DNA of 64,000 nucleotides from an uncultured bacterium (GTDB lineage Bacteria; Babelota; Babeliae; Babelales; Vermiphilaceae): NCBI GenBank assembly GCA_963702025.1, contig OY969699.1, positions 389,746 to 453,745 of the forward strand, read 5' to 3'. Shown piece by piece: positions 61,573 to 64,000 of this stretch (position 1 is its first letter; each line of letters starts with the position of its first letter). The notes under the pieces were generated by a model. It saw only the letters and a program-made list of their open reading frames with translations, ran no database searches and was not told where the DNA came from. The position numbers and the translations under genes were made by a program.

Positions 61573-63417
61573 TTACCGTTTAAACTTCTTTTCAATTTCA
61601 TAAAGTGGCAATGCCCATCCGGTTGGCCGGCCATGTGGGCACGTGAAACGATTTGGGGTGTCTTCCAGATCATTGAGTAATTTTTGCATTTGTCCGGTAG
61701 TGAGTACATCGCCGGCCTTTACCGCGGCTTTACATGCCATCTGCGCGTGCAATTTTTCATGTATCTTTTTAGCAAACTCCGCAGAATCCAATTTTTGAAA
61801 ATCGGTAATCCAGCCAATCGCTTGGCGTATGAGCTCTTCCAGTTGAATCTCTTTTAAATGTACCGGAACTGCTTGTATTGCCAGTTGATTATGTCCAATC
61901 GGCTCTATGAGAATATTATTATCGGCGAACAAATATAAATGGGGTTCAATAATTGCCAATTCTTGCCCACTTAATTGAATAACTTGAGGGAAAAGTAGTT
62001 GGACCGATGTAGATTCTTTAAATCGGTGGGCAAATTCTTCATAAAGAATGCGCTCATGCGCAGCGTGCTGATCAACCAGAAAAAGACTCTCTTCTCGTTC
62101 TATCAAGATATAGGTCTTATTAAATTGGCCAATGATAGTGTATTCGCTTGATGGAGATGTTTGAATGTATGTTTGTTCAACTGTATTCACATCTTTTGTG
62201 ATTTGAGGATCCTCTTGCCCAGCATTAAAAAGTGTCTGACGCGGGCCATCGTTCAAAATAATTTGTTGCGGCGTGATCGGTGAATAATTGGTCACATTTA
62301 AATTTTCGATTGCCTTGAGTGCTTGAGTTTGCTCTGGACTAAAGTTGTTTTTTCTTTCGGGCCACGTTGCAAAATTAGAAGAACGTATCGAGGGGTTAAA
62401 ACTTACTTTTTTATTCAATTGCGCAGAAAGATGTGTTTCAAGAGCTTCTTTTACCATTGCCTGCACCGCCGTTTCAATAATTCGTGGTTGCAAAAATTGT
62501 ATCTCTTCTTTGCGCGGATGAATATTAACATCAATTAATGCCGGATCAATGGTAATGTTGATCGCGGCAAGAGGAAATTTATCCGGCTGCAATACATTGA
62601 GATATCCTTTTAGAAGAGCTTTGCCCAAAAGATGATTTTTTACCCATCGTTTATTAACAAAGAAAAAAATGGCTGATCGATCATAACGGCTATAGGTATG
62701 ATTGCTAACTACTCCCTCAAGAGAAAATGTTTCACTTTTTTTTTCAACTGATATCAATTGGGATGCTATGTTGTGATCCCATAATTGCGCGATGCGCGAT
62801 GCGGCATGCGTGGTTGCTGGACAATTAAAGAGCAGATTCTCTTGAGAATAGAGTTTGAAGCTCACCGCTGTGTAGTGCAAACCAAATGATTGAAAGAGAG
62901 TGACAATATGGCGCCATTCTGTTTCAGTGCTTTTTAAAAATTTTTTGCGCGCGGGAATATTAAAAAAAAGATCCTGGATAGTAATATCGGTGCCGGTATT
63001 GCCAGTCGCCGATTCTTGTTGAGTGATAATTGCCTGATCAAGGGTCACTTTGGTGGCATGAAGACTTTCAGCTTGTTTAGTGGTTAATATTACCTTGCTT
63101 ACCGCACTAATGCTCGAGAGCGCTTCGCCGCGAAATCCAAAAGTGTCCAAAGTTGCCAGATCTTCAACGCGGCTTAATTTGCTCGTTGCATGGTGCGTAA
63201 AGCAGGTGATAGCATCTTCTTGATCCATGCCGCATCCGTTATCAATAACGCGGATCAATGATTTGCCCGCGTCTTCAATAAAGATGGTAATGTGTGTGGC
63301 CCCCGCATCAAGCGCATTTTCAACAAGTTCTTTTACCACATTTGCCGGCCGTTCGACAACTTCTCCCGCCGCGATTTTTTGTGCTTCTTGCGCTGATAGT
63401 TGTTTGATGCGTCCCAC
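61573..63417 (-). CDS. mutL: DNA mismatch repair protein MutL
   Basis: GHKL ATPase motifs (IAAGEVVERPANVVKELVENALDAG, DNGCGM, GFRGEAL) and the C-terminal endonuclease-type motifs DQHAAHERILYE and CPHGRP. Confidence 0.95.
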   Translation of the reverse strand: MGRIKQLSAQEAQKIAAGEVVERPANVVKELVENALDAGATHITIFIEDAGKSLIRVIDNGCGMDQEDAITCFTHHATSKLSRVEDLATLDTFGFRGEALSSISAVSKVILTTKQAESLHATKVTLDQAIITQQESATGNTGTDITIQDLFFNIPARKKFLKSTETEWRHIVTLFQSFGLHYTAVSFKLYSQENLLFNCPATTHAASRIAQLWDHNIASQLISVEKKSETFSLEGVVSNHTYSRYDRSAIFFFVNKRWVKNHLLGKALLKGYLNVLQPDKFPLAAINITIDPALIDVNIHPRKEEIQFLQPRIIETAVQAMVKEALETHLSAQLNKKVSFNPSIRSSNFATWPERKNNFSPEQTQALKAIENLNVTNYSPITPQQIILNDGPRQTLFNAGQEDPQITKDVNTVEQTYIQTSPSSEYTIIGQFNKTYILIEREESLFLVDQHAAHERILYEEFAHRFKESTSVQLLFPQVIQLSGQELAIIEPHLYLFADNNILIEPIGHNQLAIQAVPVHLKEIQLEELIRQAIGWITDFQKLDSAEFAKKIHEKLHAQMACKAAVKAGDVLTTGQMQKLLNDLEDTPNRFTCPHGRPTGWALPLYEIEKKFKR

Positions 63418-63516
63418 GATGCTCTTTCTGAAGTTTAAGAAAATAGTTATTTCTCTAGTTTAAATTTTTCCTTAGCTTTCTCAATCAGTTTTTTAAATAT
63501 GTGCCTATTCTTTTTT

Positions 63517-63987
63517 TTAACTATCTTTTTTTTCAATTAATTTTTTGATTTTTACCGTAAACTCTTTTTGCTCTTTGCGTAACGAGCTTTGTGTCTCTTT
63601 CAGTTTTTTTGCTAAAAATTCTTGCCATTTTAATTCTTTTGGGGTTTCTGAGTTCTGGGAAGTTAGAATTTTTTGCGTGTCAGGATCAATGCGTAATGAT
63701 TCTCTTTTTCTGCGTGATTCTTGTGTATGTATTGTTTCAAGCCGTTTATAAAGTTGATCGGAAAAAATGGTTTGAGTTAAAATGGGGAAATACGTGCTCT
63801 CAAAAAATATAATATCTTTTAGAGCATAGGTAATATAAGGATAAGCCTTATAGCATTTGTTTTGATAGGTTGAAATAAAAATATCAAGCGCTTGCTTATA
63901 GGTATCATGTGCTTCAAAAAGGCGCTCTTTTTCAGATTCTGCCAATGGCGAATCTTGTATAGATGCGGCGCGGGCAGATAATGCCAC
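63517..63987 (-). CDS. hypothetical protein (the frame stays open to the window edge, so the 5' end may be missing)
   Basis: The 156-aa ORF begins at a GTG. The upstream codons to position 64000 contain no stop. Confidence 0.4.
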   Translation of the reverse strand: MALSARAASIQDSPLAESEKERLFEAHDTYKQALDIFISTYQNKCYKAYPYITYALKDIIFFESTYFPILTQTIFSDQLYKRLETIHTQESRRKRESLRIDPDTQKILTSQNSETPKELKWQEFLAKKLKETQSSLRKEQKEFTVKIKKLIEKKDS

Positions 63988-64000
63988 GCCATTATGGAGA

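Overview
AT-rich, gene-dense bacterial chromosomal segment coded on both strands. A thin housekeeping backbone is present: secA, hisS, mutL, cdsA, rluD, mgtE, mntH, rarA, a polar amino-acid ABC transporter, a GspE/PilB-type ATPase, M23 and M48 peptidases, and tRNA-Glu and tRNA-Lys. It is interleaved with many signal-peptide-bearing, eukaryote-like proteins. These include at least 7 ankyrin-repeat proteins, LRR proteins, a RING-HC finger protein and two tandem Skp1/Elongin C-like POZ + LRR fusions. There are also three tandem paralogues with a BC-box/SOCS-box-like motif, an operon of classical C2H2 zinc-finger proteins, PLC-X-like and PLD-like enzymes, and a proline-rich protein with WH2-like motifs. 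This mix suggests an obligate intracellular, protist/amoeba-associated bacterium, possibly Dependentiae/TM6-like; that is inference only and no search was run. Other content: a HicAB module, a decayed HEPN-MNT pair inserted into the ABC operon, several frameshifted or relic genes, and a dispersed family of ~45-bp structured palindromic repeats that also flank the tRNA pair. More than 20 exported proteins share a [GAS]-M-[EDNQK] motif at the end of the signal peptide. The most interesting candidate system is a set of exported parts mimicking cullin-RING ubiquitin-ligase components (Elongin C/Skp1-like adaptor, BC-box-like proteins, RING), together with the secreted C2H2 zinc-finger operon. I recognised no rRNA, CRISPR array, transposase, integrase or prophage. 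All family calls come from motif recognition by eye and need profile or structure searches.
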